Source: Bacteroidia bacterium (GTDB lineage Bacteria; Bacteroidota; Bacteroidia; M30B66). From it: a stretch of 64,000 nucleotides of DNA. This document shows, piece by piece, positions 1-8,392 of the stretch. The stretch's first letter is position 1. The number at the start of each line of letters is the position of its first letter. Where the stretch lies: NCBI GenBank assembly GCA_965279035.1, contig OZ257142.1, positions 736,001 to 800,000 on the forward strand, read 5' to 3'. Both the position numbers and the translations under genes were made by a program. Below the pieces are notes generated by a model. It was not told the origin of the DNA, made no database searches, and saw only the letters and a list, made by a program, of their open reading frames with translations.

Positions 1-227
1 AATTAAAATAGAATTCAAACAATCATAAATTGCTATGTCTCAATAATAGTATAAGAGATAGGTAGTTTTACTATAAAATATTACCGTTAAATAACCCTAG
101 TGAAATCTGTGAAATAAGATTTTAAGTTGATTGTTTAACTATCTTTTAATGTTCGAATAAATAAGATGAACAATATCAAGTAAACCTTTTTATCGTGCTT
201 TTTTAAGCAAACTCTTACAAGCTAATC

Positions 228-746
228 TCAAAAATGGGATTTTGTATCATTTGAAATAGCCGCAAAAAATCGATTATGCCAACTCTCAGATGCAGGAATA
301 AGCCAACTGTTTTTTAATTCTTTGCCACTAAACACCAAATTATTAAAAACTAATGTGTCAGAATCTAGTTGTCCATTCGATGCAAACGTCTCAAATTCAG
401 CTATAGGGTTCAACTGTAACTGACCTTGCTCATCTAACCAAGCGACCTGCATACGATCTAAAAAATCGATATGAAGGTCATTTCCCAATGCTGAAATCCA
501 ATGAACCGATTTGTCGATCGAACAACCACTTGCTTTGGCTTGATCTTCATCAACCATTACAATGACAAACAAATTTTTGAACACCAAAACTTCTGCACGT
601 AAAGGTTTGCCATGTGCTGCCCAATTGGCAACAAACGTTTCCCCAGAAATCTGGATTAATTGAGCTTCATCGTCCGATAAAATCCGGTTTGCTTGATACA
701 CCCAAATTCTATCTGTATCCTGAATGTGTTCGAAAGTCTTTTCCAT
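228..746 (-). CDS. Conserved Bacteroidota hypothetical protein (often labelled 'ABC transporter ATPase'; no Walker motifs seen)
   Basis: RIWVYQ...WAAHG...ASGCSIDKSVH motifs. Start placed at ATG 746 (MEKTF), 4 nt after the stop of the upstream gene. Confidence 0.7.
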   Translation of the reverse strand: MEKTFEHIQDTDRIWVYQANRILSDDEAQLIQISGETFVANWAAHGKPLRAEVLVFKNLFVIVMVDEDQAKASGCSIDKSVHWISALGNDLHIDFLDRMQVAWLDEQGQLQLNPIAEFETFASNGQLDSDTLVFNNLVFSGKELKNSWLIPASESWHNRFFAAISNDTKSHF

Positions 747-750
747 GGTA

Positions 751-1536
751 TTATAAATCAGCAGCTTGAGCAATTAATTCAGCAATATCTAGAACACTAA
801 CGCTTGCCTCTTTTTCAGCATGTTTCACACCGTCGGTCATCATCGTATTGCAAAATGGACAACCAACAGCTATAATTGATGATTGAGTAGCAAGTGCCTC
901 TTCGGATCGTTCTATATTGACTTCTTTGTTTCCTGGTTCAGCTTCTTTGAACATTTGTCCACCACCTGCACCACAACACAATCCTTTTGTTTTACAACGT
1001 TTCATCTCCACCAATTCGGCATCGAGTTTCCCGAGTACCTCACGTGGAGCTTCGTATTCTCCGTTTGCGCGACCTAAATAACAAGGATCGTGAAACGTAA
1101 TTTTCTTCCCCTTGAACGAACCGCCTTCTACTTTCAAACGTCCATCTTTCATCAAACTCTCGATCAATTGAGAATGATGCACCACATCGTAATGACCTCC
1201 TAATTCAGGATACTCGTTTTTAAGTGTATTGAAACAATGCGGACAAGCTGTTACAATCTGCTTCACTTCATAACCATTCAAAACAGCGATATTTTGCATA
1301 GCCTGCATCTGAAACAGAAATTCGTTTCCAGCACGTTTAGCCGGATCGCCTGTACAGCTTTCTTCTGAGCCAAGTACAGCAAATTTCACATCGGCTGCTT
1401 GAAGCAATTTCGCTACAGCTTTAGTTACTTTTTTTGCACGGTCATCAAAACTACCAGCACAACCAACCCAGAATAAAATTTCAGGAACCTCACCATTTGC
1501 AAGGTATTGTGCCATCGTCTTTACATTTAATTCCAT
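751..1536 (-). CDS. CCG-domain (Fe-S)-binding protein (HdrB/GlcF/FadF C-terminal-like)
   Basis: FWVGCAGS, ESCTGD, TACPHC, HDPCYLGR, CCGAGGG and GCPFC motifs, consistent with two cysteine-rich CCG domains. Confidence 0.9.
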   Translation of the reverse strand: MELNVKTMAQYLANGEVPEILFWVGCAGSFDDRAKKVTKAVAKLLQAADVKFAVLGSEESCTGDPAKRAGNEFLFQMQAMQNIAVLNGYEVKQIVTACPHCFNTLKNEYPELGGHYDVVHHSQLIESLMKDGRLKVEGGSFKGKKITFHDPCYLGRANGEYEAPREVLGKLDAELVEMKRCKTKGLCCGAGGGQMFKEAEPGNKEVNIERSEEALATQSSIIAVGCPFCNTMMTDGVKHAEKEASVSVLDIAELIAQAADL

Positions 1537-1545
1537 GGTGATTTC

Positions 1546-1615
1546 AATTACGAATTAAAAATTACGAATTACGAATTACGAATTACGAATTACGAATTAC
1601 GAATTACGAATTACG
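1546..1615 (+). repeat. Heptamer tandem array (AATTACG)x10
   Basis: AATTACG at 1546, variant AATTAAA at 1553, then 8 perfect copies at 1560-1615. Confidence 0.98.
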
Positions 1616-1635
1616 AATGTATTTGTATTAAATAG

Positions 1636-1992
1636 TTAATTGGGGAGTTTGTTTTTGGTTGTTCGTTGTATAGAGCCAATAATACGAAGAATCTCATCTA
1701 TTTGAAGGAGTAATTCTTCTGAATGTGTTGGTTCAATTGTATTTGAATCTCTTAGTAATCGAATCCAAAATTTAGTTTCTCTCGCTTCTTTATATGCTAT
1801 GCTGATTTTGCTCAAAAAATCTTTTCTCGACTGACCTCCAATAGCTTCTTCCACATTCGCACCAATTGAAGTCCCTGATTTTAGTAGCTGTCGTGATAAA
1901 ATATACTCTTTATTCTTGTGCATTTGCCTTGAAATATTAATGATCTTTAGAGCAAAGTCATAGGTTTTTTGTTGAATCAAATTCTCTTTCAT
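1636..1992 (-). CDS. Four helix bundle protein (TIGR02436 / 23S rRNA-IVS protein family)
   Basis: 118 aa with the family signature QLLKSGTSIGANVEEA..GQSRKDFLSKISIAYKEARETKFWIRLL. Confidence 0.9.
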   Translation of the reverse strand: MKENLIQQKTYDFALKIINISRQMHKNKEYILSRQLLKSGTSIGANVEEAIGGQSRKDFLSKISIAYKEARETKFWIRLLRDSNTIEPTHSEELLLQIDEILRIIGSIQRTTKNKLPN

Positions 1993-2057
1993 AATACTAG
2001 TTTAGGTTAATAGCTATTTTTTAATTTATATAATGTTTTCATTCCCTACTTCACAAT

Positions 2058-2065
2058 CAAATTTA
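2058..2065 (-). promoter_or_regulatory. Candidate Bacteroidota -7 promoter box for the four-helix-bundle gene
   Basis: Minus strand reads TAAATTTG, matching TAnnTTTG, 65 nt upstream of the ATG. No clear -33 TTTG. Confidence 0.45.
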
Positions 2066-2158
2066 TTCATTCCTAATTTCTCATTCGTAATTGACCATTC
2101 GTAATTAGTAATTGATCATTATTGACCATTCGTAATTCGTAATTGACAATTCGTAATT
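2065..2158 (+). repeat. Degenerate heptamer array (NNNNATT, consensus CGTAATT), inverted relative to 1546-1615
   Basis: 13 units: attcatt cctaatt tctcatt CGTAATT gaccatt CGTAATT agtaatt gatcatt [att] gaccatt CGTAATT CGTAATT gacaatt CGTAATT. CGTAATT is the reverse complement of AATTACG. Confidence 0.93.
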
Positions 2159-2163
2159 AATTA

Positions 2164-3477
2164 TCATTCGTCTTTCCAATTCAAACGATCCGATGGAGAA
2201 AACTGCCAAGGAGCACCATTGTTCTCAATATTGGTAAACATTGAACTTAAAGCTGCAGGAGGAGCACTTTCTTCCATCACCAGTTGTCGACGTAAATCAA
2301 TGATAATACTGAGCGGATCAATATTCACCGGACATGCTTCTGTACACGCATTACACGTAGTACATGCCCATAATTCTTCCGGTTGAATATAATCGTGCAA
2401 CAAACTTTTTCCATCTTCCTTGAATTCACCTTTGTTGGCATCGATGTTTTTACTCACTTCTTCCAAACGATCACGTGTTTTCATCATGATCGCTCGTGGA
2501 CTTAACAACTTACCAGTTTGGTTTGCCGGACATTCCGATGTACATCGTCCACACTCAGTACATGTATAAGCATCGAGCAAGCTTTTCCAAGTTAAGTCTT
2601 GAACGTCTTTCGCTCCAAATTTCACTGGTCCATCCAACTCAACAGGAACAGCCGAAGGATCCATCATCAACTTCACTTCATTGGTAACAGCAGCCATATT
2701 GGTAAAACGACCTTTATTTTCGAGGTTGGAATACCAAACATTGGGAAAAGCTAAAATGATATGGAAGTGTTTGGAATAAGGGAGATAATTTAAGAAAGCA
2801 AGAATTCCAAGAATGTGAAACCACCAAGCGCCACGTTCATACGCTATAAGTGAGTGAGTTGACCAAGAGTCGAACAATCCAGTAATAAGCGAACTAACTG
2901 GAAAAGAGCCTGCTTGCATATAATGCTCAGTGGCTTCAGGGCGTAACTGCAAAACTTGATCTGCCGCATTCATAGTTAAAAAGGCAGTCATCAATAAGAC
3001 CTCAATCAGTAAGATTGCATTTGCATCGGATCTCGGCCAACCATTTAACTCGTTTTGACGGAAGCGTTTTATGTAAATAATATTCCTTCGGATGAAGAAG
3101 ATAATTACAGAAACAAGAACACCTAGTGCTAAGAATTCAAACGAACCAATTAGGAAATCATAAAAACCTCCTAAGAGCGGAGCAAATAGTCGATGCGTTC
3201 CGAAAATCCCATCGAGAATTATCTCCAGAACTTCTAAATTGATAATGACAAATCCTGCATAAACCAAAATATGCAATATCCCAGCAACAGGTTTCACAAC
3301 CATTTTACTTTGCCCCAAAGCAACACGTGCCATAAGCTTCCAACGCTCCGGTTTACGGTCGCTACGATCGAGCTTTCTTCCTAAACGAATGTTGCGAATG
3401 ATCTTTCGAACGTTGAATGTAAAAAGCCCTGCACCTGCACTAAATACTAGAAGAAATAATATGTTTGGAAGTCCCAT
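2164..3477 (-). CDS. Membrane-bound 4Fe-4S dicluster oxidoreductase (FadF N-terminal-like)
   Basis: Several TM helices, SKHFH, and two ferredoxin motifs CTECGRCTSECP and CTTCNACTEACP. ATG 3477 preferred over the ORF-track start at 3501. Confidence 0.88.
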   Translation of the reverse strand: MGLPNILFLLVFSAGAGLFTFNVRKIIRNIRLGRKLDRSDRKPERWKLMARVALGQSKMVVKPVAGILHILVYAGFVIINLEVLEIILDGIFGTHRLFAPLLGGFYDFLIGSFEFLALGVLVSVIIFFIRRNIIYIKRFRQNELNGWPRSDANAILLIEVLLMTAFLTMNAADQVLQLRPEATEHYMQAGSFPVSSLITGLFDSWSTHSLIAYERGAWWFHILGILAFLNYLPYSKHFHIILAFPNVWYSNLENKGRFTNMAAVTNEVKLMMDPSAVPVELDGPVKFGAKDVQDLTWKSLLDAYTCTECGRCTSECPANQTGKLLSPRAIMMKTRDRLEEVSKNIDANKGEFKEDGKSLLHDYIQPEELWACTTCNACTEACPVNIDPLSIIIDLRRQLVMEESAPPAALSSMFTNIENNGAPWQFSPSDRLNWKDE

Positions 3478-3531
3478 AAGCGATTCTGGTTGGGTCAACA
3501 AATATAAAGGCAGATGGTTTCCTGCTATTTA

Positions 3532-4521
3532 TTATTTAGGGGATTTTCCCTTTTTAGGTGTTTTTTCTTTTTTTCCAAAAACCGAAAAATGAACATACCT
3601 ATTCGGGTGAGCTTTCATATCCTCTAACAATAAACTCAAGTTTCTTGAACTATGATCGAGATTTACATAAAGTGAATCGTCTGTAGCCAATTTACCTAAA
3701 GTTCCTTGTCCACTTTCGACATTCTGCAACACCTTATTTAAACTGGAAATGGTGCCTTGTAAATCGGTTAAGGTTTGCTTCACATTGCTTTTAGCCACAT
3801 CATCCGATATGCGATCCATATTGGTAAAAACATGGGAAAGCTTCTCATTGTTGTTTTTCAAATTATCAGTAATAGACGCCACATTGCTCAATATGGAGCT
3901 CAGTCTATGACGTTCGTTTGTCACTAATAAATCAAACTCATTTACTGTATGCTCAAATCGTTTGATCGACGTATTTACACTTTCGAAACTACTAATCAGA
4001 CCATCTTGAGTTTTTCGGTTGAATACATTATTGAAACCAGTAAGCACCGAATCAACTGAACCAGCCAATGCTTCAATTTGAGCTTTCAAAGGAAGAATTG
4101 CTTTCTTAATTTCATCAGTAATTCCTGCATCACGAACAGCAATCAAGGTATCACCTCGCTTTGCTAAGACAGTCGATTTTCCCAATGTTAGCTCCAAGGT
4201 TCTCGTTCCTAAAAGATCCTGAACAATATGAGCTTCCGAATCTTTAGGTATGTTGAGGTCATTGTTATCAATCAAGAATTTTACAAGGACTTTGTATGAA
4301 CCTTCGGACAAAAATCCAACTTGATCAACGATTCCAACTTGAAAGCCATTCACCTGTACACGAGCCGATGGCATGAGTTGATCAACATTGTCAAACACAG
4401 CGTAATATGAACGTGAAGGTGAAAAAAGGTTTTTACCTTTTAAAAAGTTAAAACCAAAATAGAGGAGTACGATACCCAGTGTTACGACGATACCAACACG
4501 TACTTCACGGGATACTTGCAT
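3532..4521 (-). CDS. mlaD: MlaD/MCE family protein
   Basis: N-terminal TM, MCE motif (V.VNGFQVG.V), long helical tail, and the typical Bacteroidota C-terminus HPNRYVHFSVFG. Confidence 0.85.
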   Translation of the reverse strand: MQVSREVRVGIVVTLGIVLLYFGFNFLKGKNLFSPSRSYYAVFDNVDQLMPSARVQVNGFQVGIVDQVGFLSEGSYKVLVKFLIDNNDLNIPKDSEAHIVQDLLGTRTLELTLGKSTVLAKRGDTLIAVRDAGITDEIKKAILPLKAQIEALAGSVDSVLTGFNNVFNRKTQDGLISSFESVNTSIKRFEHTVNEFDLLVTNERHRLSSILSNVASITDNLKNNNEKLSHVFTNMDRISDDVAKSNVKQTLTDLQGTISSLNKVLQNVESGQGTLGKLATDDSLYVNLDHSSRNLSLLLEDMKAHPNRYVHFSVFGKKEKTPKKGKSPK

Positions 4522-4538
4522 GTTTTTTTAAATTAAAA

Positions 4539-5747
4539 TTAGGGTTGAATTGATTGTGCTTCCTGTAATGTAATGCGTTGATTGTTTTGAAATGCAACCA
4601 CAAAGGCATCACCGAATCCGGCCTTCTTCAATTCGGCGAGCAATTTAAGCGCTTCTTCCTGTTTCTCACAGTGCCCAACAGTATATTTCCAGGATTTATT
4701 GAATTTATATTCCCATACATCGGTTCGTCCTTTGAAACGTGCCGATTTCAATGAGATTTTTTCGGGTGATGTATACACTTGAATTCTGTAAACAATTCCA
4801 GAATTATCAGCTGTTAAAGCTGGATTTACTTCTTGTTTTTCGGGGCTTTTTTCAGGAACAACTTTATGCTCAATTGGTTTTTCCACTTTTACTTGAACAT
4901 CCTCTTCCTCATTGGGAAATTGCAAGTCGTGCCTTTCGTTAGTGCCATCAATCCAACTTTTATAGGTATCCAAAGCCTTTAAAATGGAATTGGCAATCTT
5001 TTGTTGACCAGCTGCCGATTTCAAATATTTCTCTTCTTCCCCATTGGTTAAAAATCCCGTTTCGATCAACACACTCGGCATCGTTGTGCGATATAAAACG
5101 AGAAAGCCAGCTTGCTTAACTCCCCGATTATGGCGCGCTCCATAGGTTTTAAATTCGTGTTGAAGTCGATCGGCGAAATACAGACTTTGATCTAAAAATG
5201 CATTCTGATACAAGGAAAAAATAATATTTGCCTCAGGACTGTTAGGATCAAAACCGTCGTATTTTTTTTGGTAATTATCTTCCTGAAGGATAACCGCATT
5301 TTCGCGTTTTGCCACATTGAGGTTATCGGTGCTTTTATGAAGACCCATCACGAATGTTTCTGCGCCAAAGGCTGTTTTTGGTCCACTGTTGCAATGGATG
5401 CAAATAAACAAATCTGCTTTATTCTCATTCGCAATCTGTGCACGTCGATACAGTTCAACAAACACATCTGTCTTCCGCGTAAAGATCACTTTTACATCGG
5501 GAAAGTTAGCTTCAATGAGCTTTCCTAATTTTAAGGAAACTGCTAAAGCCACATTTTTTTCATAAGCTCCTGCTCCATGACATCCGCTATCATGTCCACC
5601 ATGACCAGGATCTATCACAATGGTTCTCAAACCATTTTCACGATGAATGTTTTGATCAGCTTGAATTGATGGCAGAAATAACACTGTAATCCCTGCAAGT
5701 AGCAGAGTAAACAGAAGAATAAAACGTTTTTTTAGCAGGTATTTCAT
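4539..5747 (-). CDS. N-acetylmuramoyl-L-alanine amidase (Amidase_3) with C-terminal SPOR-like domain
   Basis: IVIDPGHGGHD, EKNVAL, FICIHCNS and PSVLIETGFLTN Zn-amidase motifs. Confidence 0.93.
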   Translation of the reverse strand: MKYLLKKRFILLFTLLLAGITVLFLPSIQADQNIHRENGLRTIVIDPGHGGHDSGCHGAGAYEKNVALAVSLKLGKLIEANFPDVKVIFTRKTDVFVELYRRAQIANENKADLFICIHCNSGPKTAFGAETFVMGLHKSTDNLNVAKRENAVILQEDNYQKKYDGFDPNSPEANIIFSLYQNAFLDQSLYFADRLQHEFKTYGARHNRGVKQAGFLVLYRTTMPSVLIETGFLTNGEEEKYLKSAAGQQKIANSILKALDTYKSWIDGTNERHDLQFPNEEEDVQVKVEKPIEHKVVPEKSPEKQEVNPALTADNSGIVYRIQVYTSPEKISLKSARFKGRTDVWEYKFNKSWKYTVGHCEKQEEALKLLAELKKAGFGDAFVVAFQNNQRITLQEAQSIQP

Positions 5748-5789
5748 GAGACTGATACAGCTTTGAAACGAGGTTGCAACGAAATAAAT

Positions 5790-5828
5790 TAGTTTTGCAC
5801 TCGTTTCGAAACGGATTTTACAAAACTA
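5790..5828. promoter_or_regulatory. Pair of opposed -7 boxes (TAGTTTTG on + at 5790-5797; TAGTTTTG on - at 5821-5828)
   Basis: Both match TAnnTTTG and lie between the divergent amidase and lptD genes. Confidence 0.5.
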
Positions 5829-5841
5829 ATCGGCAGCAACC

Positions 5842-8391
5842 TTGCGATTACGTATAGCGCTACGGCACTTAACAACAGTTTTATTCACAGTTGTGGCTTT
5901 TGCCAGTTTGCTTGTGCAATCTGCTGTTTTGAACGCGCAAGTGCCCGATTCATTGCCTGTTGCAGATACTTCCAAGAAAGTTATTGCGCTCCCGCCAGGC
6001 TCTTTACCCCCTTCTCCCGATGCGCTTGATTCAAAAGTTGAGTACAAAGCCCGCGATTCAATGCGCTTTGATTTGAAGCAAAAGAAAATCTTTTTGTATG
6101 GTGCTGCCGATGTTAAATACGATCAAATTCACCTAACTGCCGATTACATCGAAATCAATTGGGGAACAAATGTCGTTCATGCCGAAGGTCGTCCCGATTC
6201 GACGGGGAAAATTGTTGGACATCCTGTTTTTGATGAAGGCACTCAAACGTTCGATGCCGAAAGGATGGACTATAATTTCAAAACGAAAAAGGGAAGAATC
6301 TCAGGAATCTTTACCAAACAGGGCGATGGGTATTTACATGGTGATCAAGTAAAGAAGAATGAAAAAGATCAGTTTTTCATCCGCAACGGGAAATACACCA
6401 CGTGCAATCTCCCCGATCATCCCCACTTTTATATCAATGCTACCAAAATCAAAGTTTTACCCAACGATAAAATTGTTTCTGGGCCAGCCAATCTTTGGAT
6501 AGAAGATGTCCCAACACCTTTAGCTGTTCCTTTTGGAATTTTTCCCAACACAACTAAACGCCAATCAGGTGTGATTTTTCCAACGTATGGTGAATCGCCC
6601 GGACTTGGTTTTTACCTTCAAGAAGGCGGTTATTATTTTGGAATCAACGATTATATCGATGCTTCAATACGAGGCAATATTTATTCAAGAGGTTCTTGGG
6701 GACTAAGTGCCGGAACATCCTATAATTACCGCTATCATTTTAATGGAAGTATGGATTTGAGGTTTTCGAAAATACTTCGGGGCGATCCTGATTTACTTGG
6801 TTCCTCAATCAATAAAGACTTTTTCATAAACTGGAAACACAGTCAAGATCCTAAATCCAGACCGAATTCTCGTTTCTCTGCTTCGGTTCAAGCAGGAACA
6901 AGTAATTACAATAAACTCAATTCTTTTAATACAAATAACATTGTAGCTAATACATTTCAATCGAGTATTTCGTATGCTAAAACCTTTGCGAACACCCCGT
7001 TCAATATGGTCATTAGCGCAGGTCATAGTCAGAATACGGCAACTAAAATCATAACGATTTCTGCACCTGAGCTTCAATTGAATATGAATCGCTATTATCC
7101 TTTAAAGCGGAAAAATCCGATTGGTGAACAACGTTGGTACGAAAAGCTTGGTGTAACGTATACCATGCAAAGCAAAAACACCATATCTCAAGCAGATTCA
7201 CTTTATGGAAGGCCTGGCTGGACTCAGAAATTCAACAATGGTGTGCAACACCAAATTCCTATTTCAACCTCCGTTCAATTTCTAAAATTCTTCACCTTTT
7301 CTCCTGGAATTAATTACACCGAACGATGGTACTTTAATACCATTGAAAAATACTACAATGAAAAAACGGGAACAGTTGCTGAAGACACCATTCGTGGATT
7401 CAAATCAACACGCGAATGGAACGCCAATGCGAACATCAGTACTCGTTTATATGGATTTCTGAAATTGGGAAAAAATACTGTTCGTAATGTAATGACTCCT
7501 CAAGTGAGCTTTCGGTATCAACCCGATTTCAGCACACGGAAATATGGATTTTATGGACCCAATGGAACAGTAGGATATTATTCTCCTTATGATCATGGAA
7601 TTTATGGACAGCCTTCAGTCGGCCGACAAGGAACCGTTGGATTAAGTTTAAACAACAATTTAGAAGCGAAAGTCCGTTCGAAACGAGATACCACAGGTAC
7701 AGGTTTGAAAAAAATTATTCTCTTTGATGCATTCAACTTTTCAACGGCATACAACCTTGCAGCCGATTCTTTGAACTGGCAAAATTTAGCCATCAATGCA
7801 AGAACTAAACTCTTTAAAAAACTCGACGTTGTTTACAGCAGCACACACGATTTTTATGCGTACGACACCATCGCGAAAACACGCATTAATACGTTTGAAT
7901 ATGATAAAACGGGACATCTTTTTAGAACAGTAAATACCAATTTGTCTTTAACTACAACTCTCGCCTCTGCCAAAAAACAAAAGTTGAGTTCTAAAGCAGG
8001 AACCGATGCAGAGCGAGCAGATCTTTCGCGTAACCCCAATAGTTATGTCGATTTTACTATTCCTTGGTCGCTAAATGCAGGCTTTGTTTTTAGTAAAACA
8101 GTTTCTGGTAACAATACAATTATCAATGAAGTATTGAATGTAAGTGGAGATTTAAATCTAACCTCGAAATGGAAAATTGGATTTAGTACAGGTTATGATT
8201 TTTACAAAAAGAAAGTCTCTCTTACCACAGTGGATATTTTCCGCGATTTACATTGCTGGGAGATGCATTTTAATTGGATTCCTTTTGGATTTAGACAGAG
8301 TTATAATTTCACCATCAATGTGAAATCATCCATGCTTCAGGATTTAAAAGTAAATCGAAGAAGACAATGGTATGATGTGCAAAACCAATAA
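5842..8391 (+). CDS. lptD: Putative LPS assembly protein LptD (Bacteroidota type)
   Basis: Signal peptide, OstA-like N-region (YKARDS, YTTCN), beta-barrel, C-terminal RDLHCWEM motif. TTG start uncertain. Confidence 0.85.
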   Translation: MRLRIALRHLTTVLFTVVAFASLLVQSAVLNAQVPDSLPVADTSKKVIALPPGSLPPSPDALDSKVEYKARDSMRFDLKQKKIFLYGAADVKYDQIHLTADYIEINWGTNVVHAEGRPDSTGKIVGHPVFDEGTQTFDAERMDYNFKTKKGRISGIFTKQGDGYLHGDQVKKNEKDQFFIRNGKYTTCNLPDHPHFYINATKIKVLPNDKIVSGPANLWIEDVPTPLAVPFGIFPNTTKRQSGVIFPTYGESPGLGFYLQEGGYYFGINDYIDASIRGNIYSRGSWGLSAGTSYNYRYHFNGSMDLRFSKILRGDPDLLGSSINKDFFINWKHSQDPKSRPNSRFSASVQAGTSNYNKLNSFNTNNIVANTFQSSISYAKTFANTPFNMVISAGHSQNTATKIITISAPELQLNMNRYYPLKRKNPIGEQRWYEKLGVTYTMQSKNTISQADSLYGRPGWTQKFNNGVQHQIPISTSVQFLKFFTFSPGINYTERWYFNTIEKYYNEKTGTVAEDTIRGFKSTREWNANANISTRLYGFLKLGKNTVRNVMTPQVSFRYQPDFSTRKYGFYGPNGTVGYYSPYDHGIYGQPSVGRQGTVGLSLNNNLEAKVRSKRDTTGTGLKKIILFDAFNFSTAYNLAADSLNWQNLAINARTKLFKKLDVVYSSTHDFYAYDTIAKTRINTFEYDKTGHLFRTVNTNLSLTTTLASAKKQKLSSKAGTDAERADLSRNPNSYVDFTIPWSLNAGFVFSKTVSGNNTIINEVLNVSGDLNLTSKWKIGFSTGYDFYKKKVSLTTVDIFRDLHCWEMHFNWIPFGFRQSYNFTINVKSSMLQDLKVNRRRQWYDVQNQ

Positions 8392-8392
8392 A

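Noticed and set aside
1-227. AT-rich non-coding stretch at the window start
   Set aside because: No ORF, repeat or RNA motif I can support; probably an intergenic region continuing outside the window.
1546-2158. CRISPR array or diversity-generating retroelement
   Set aside because: Repeats are contiguous 7-mers without spacers. I found no cas or reverse transcriptase gene and no TR/VR pair in the window.
751-3477. Splicing or frameshift that fuses the two Fe-S genes into a FadF-like protein by removing the cassette
   Set aside because: The upstream gene ends in TGA followed by TAA outside the repeat array, and the downstream gene has its own ATG.
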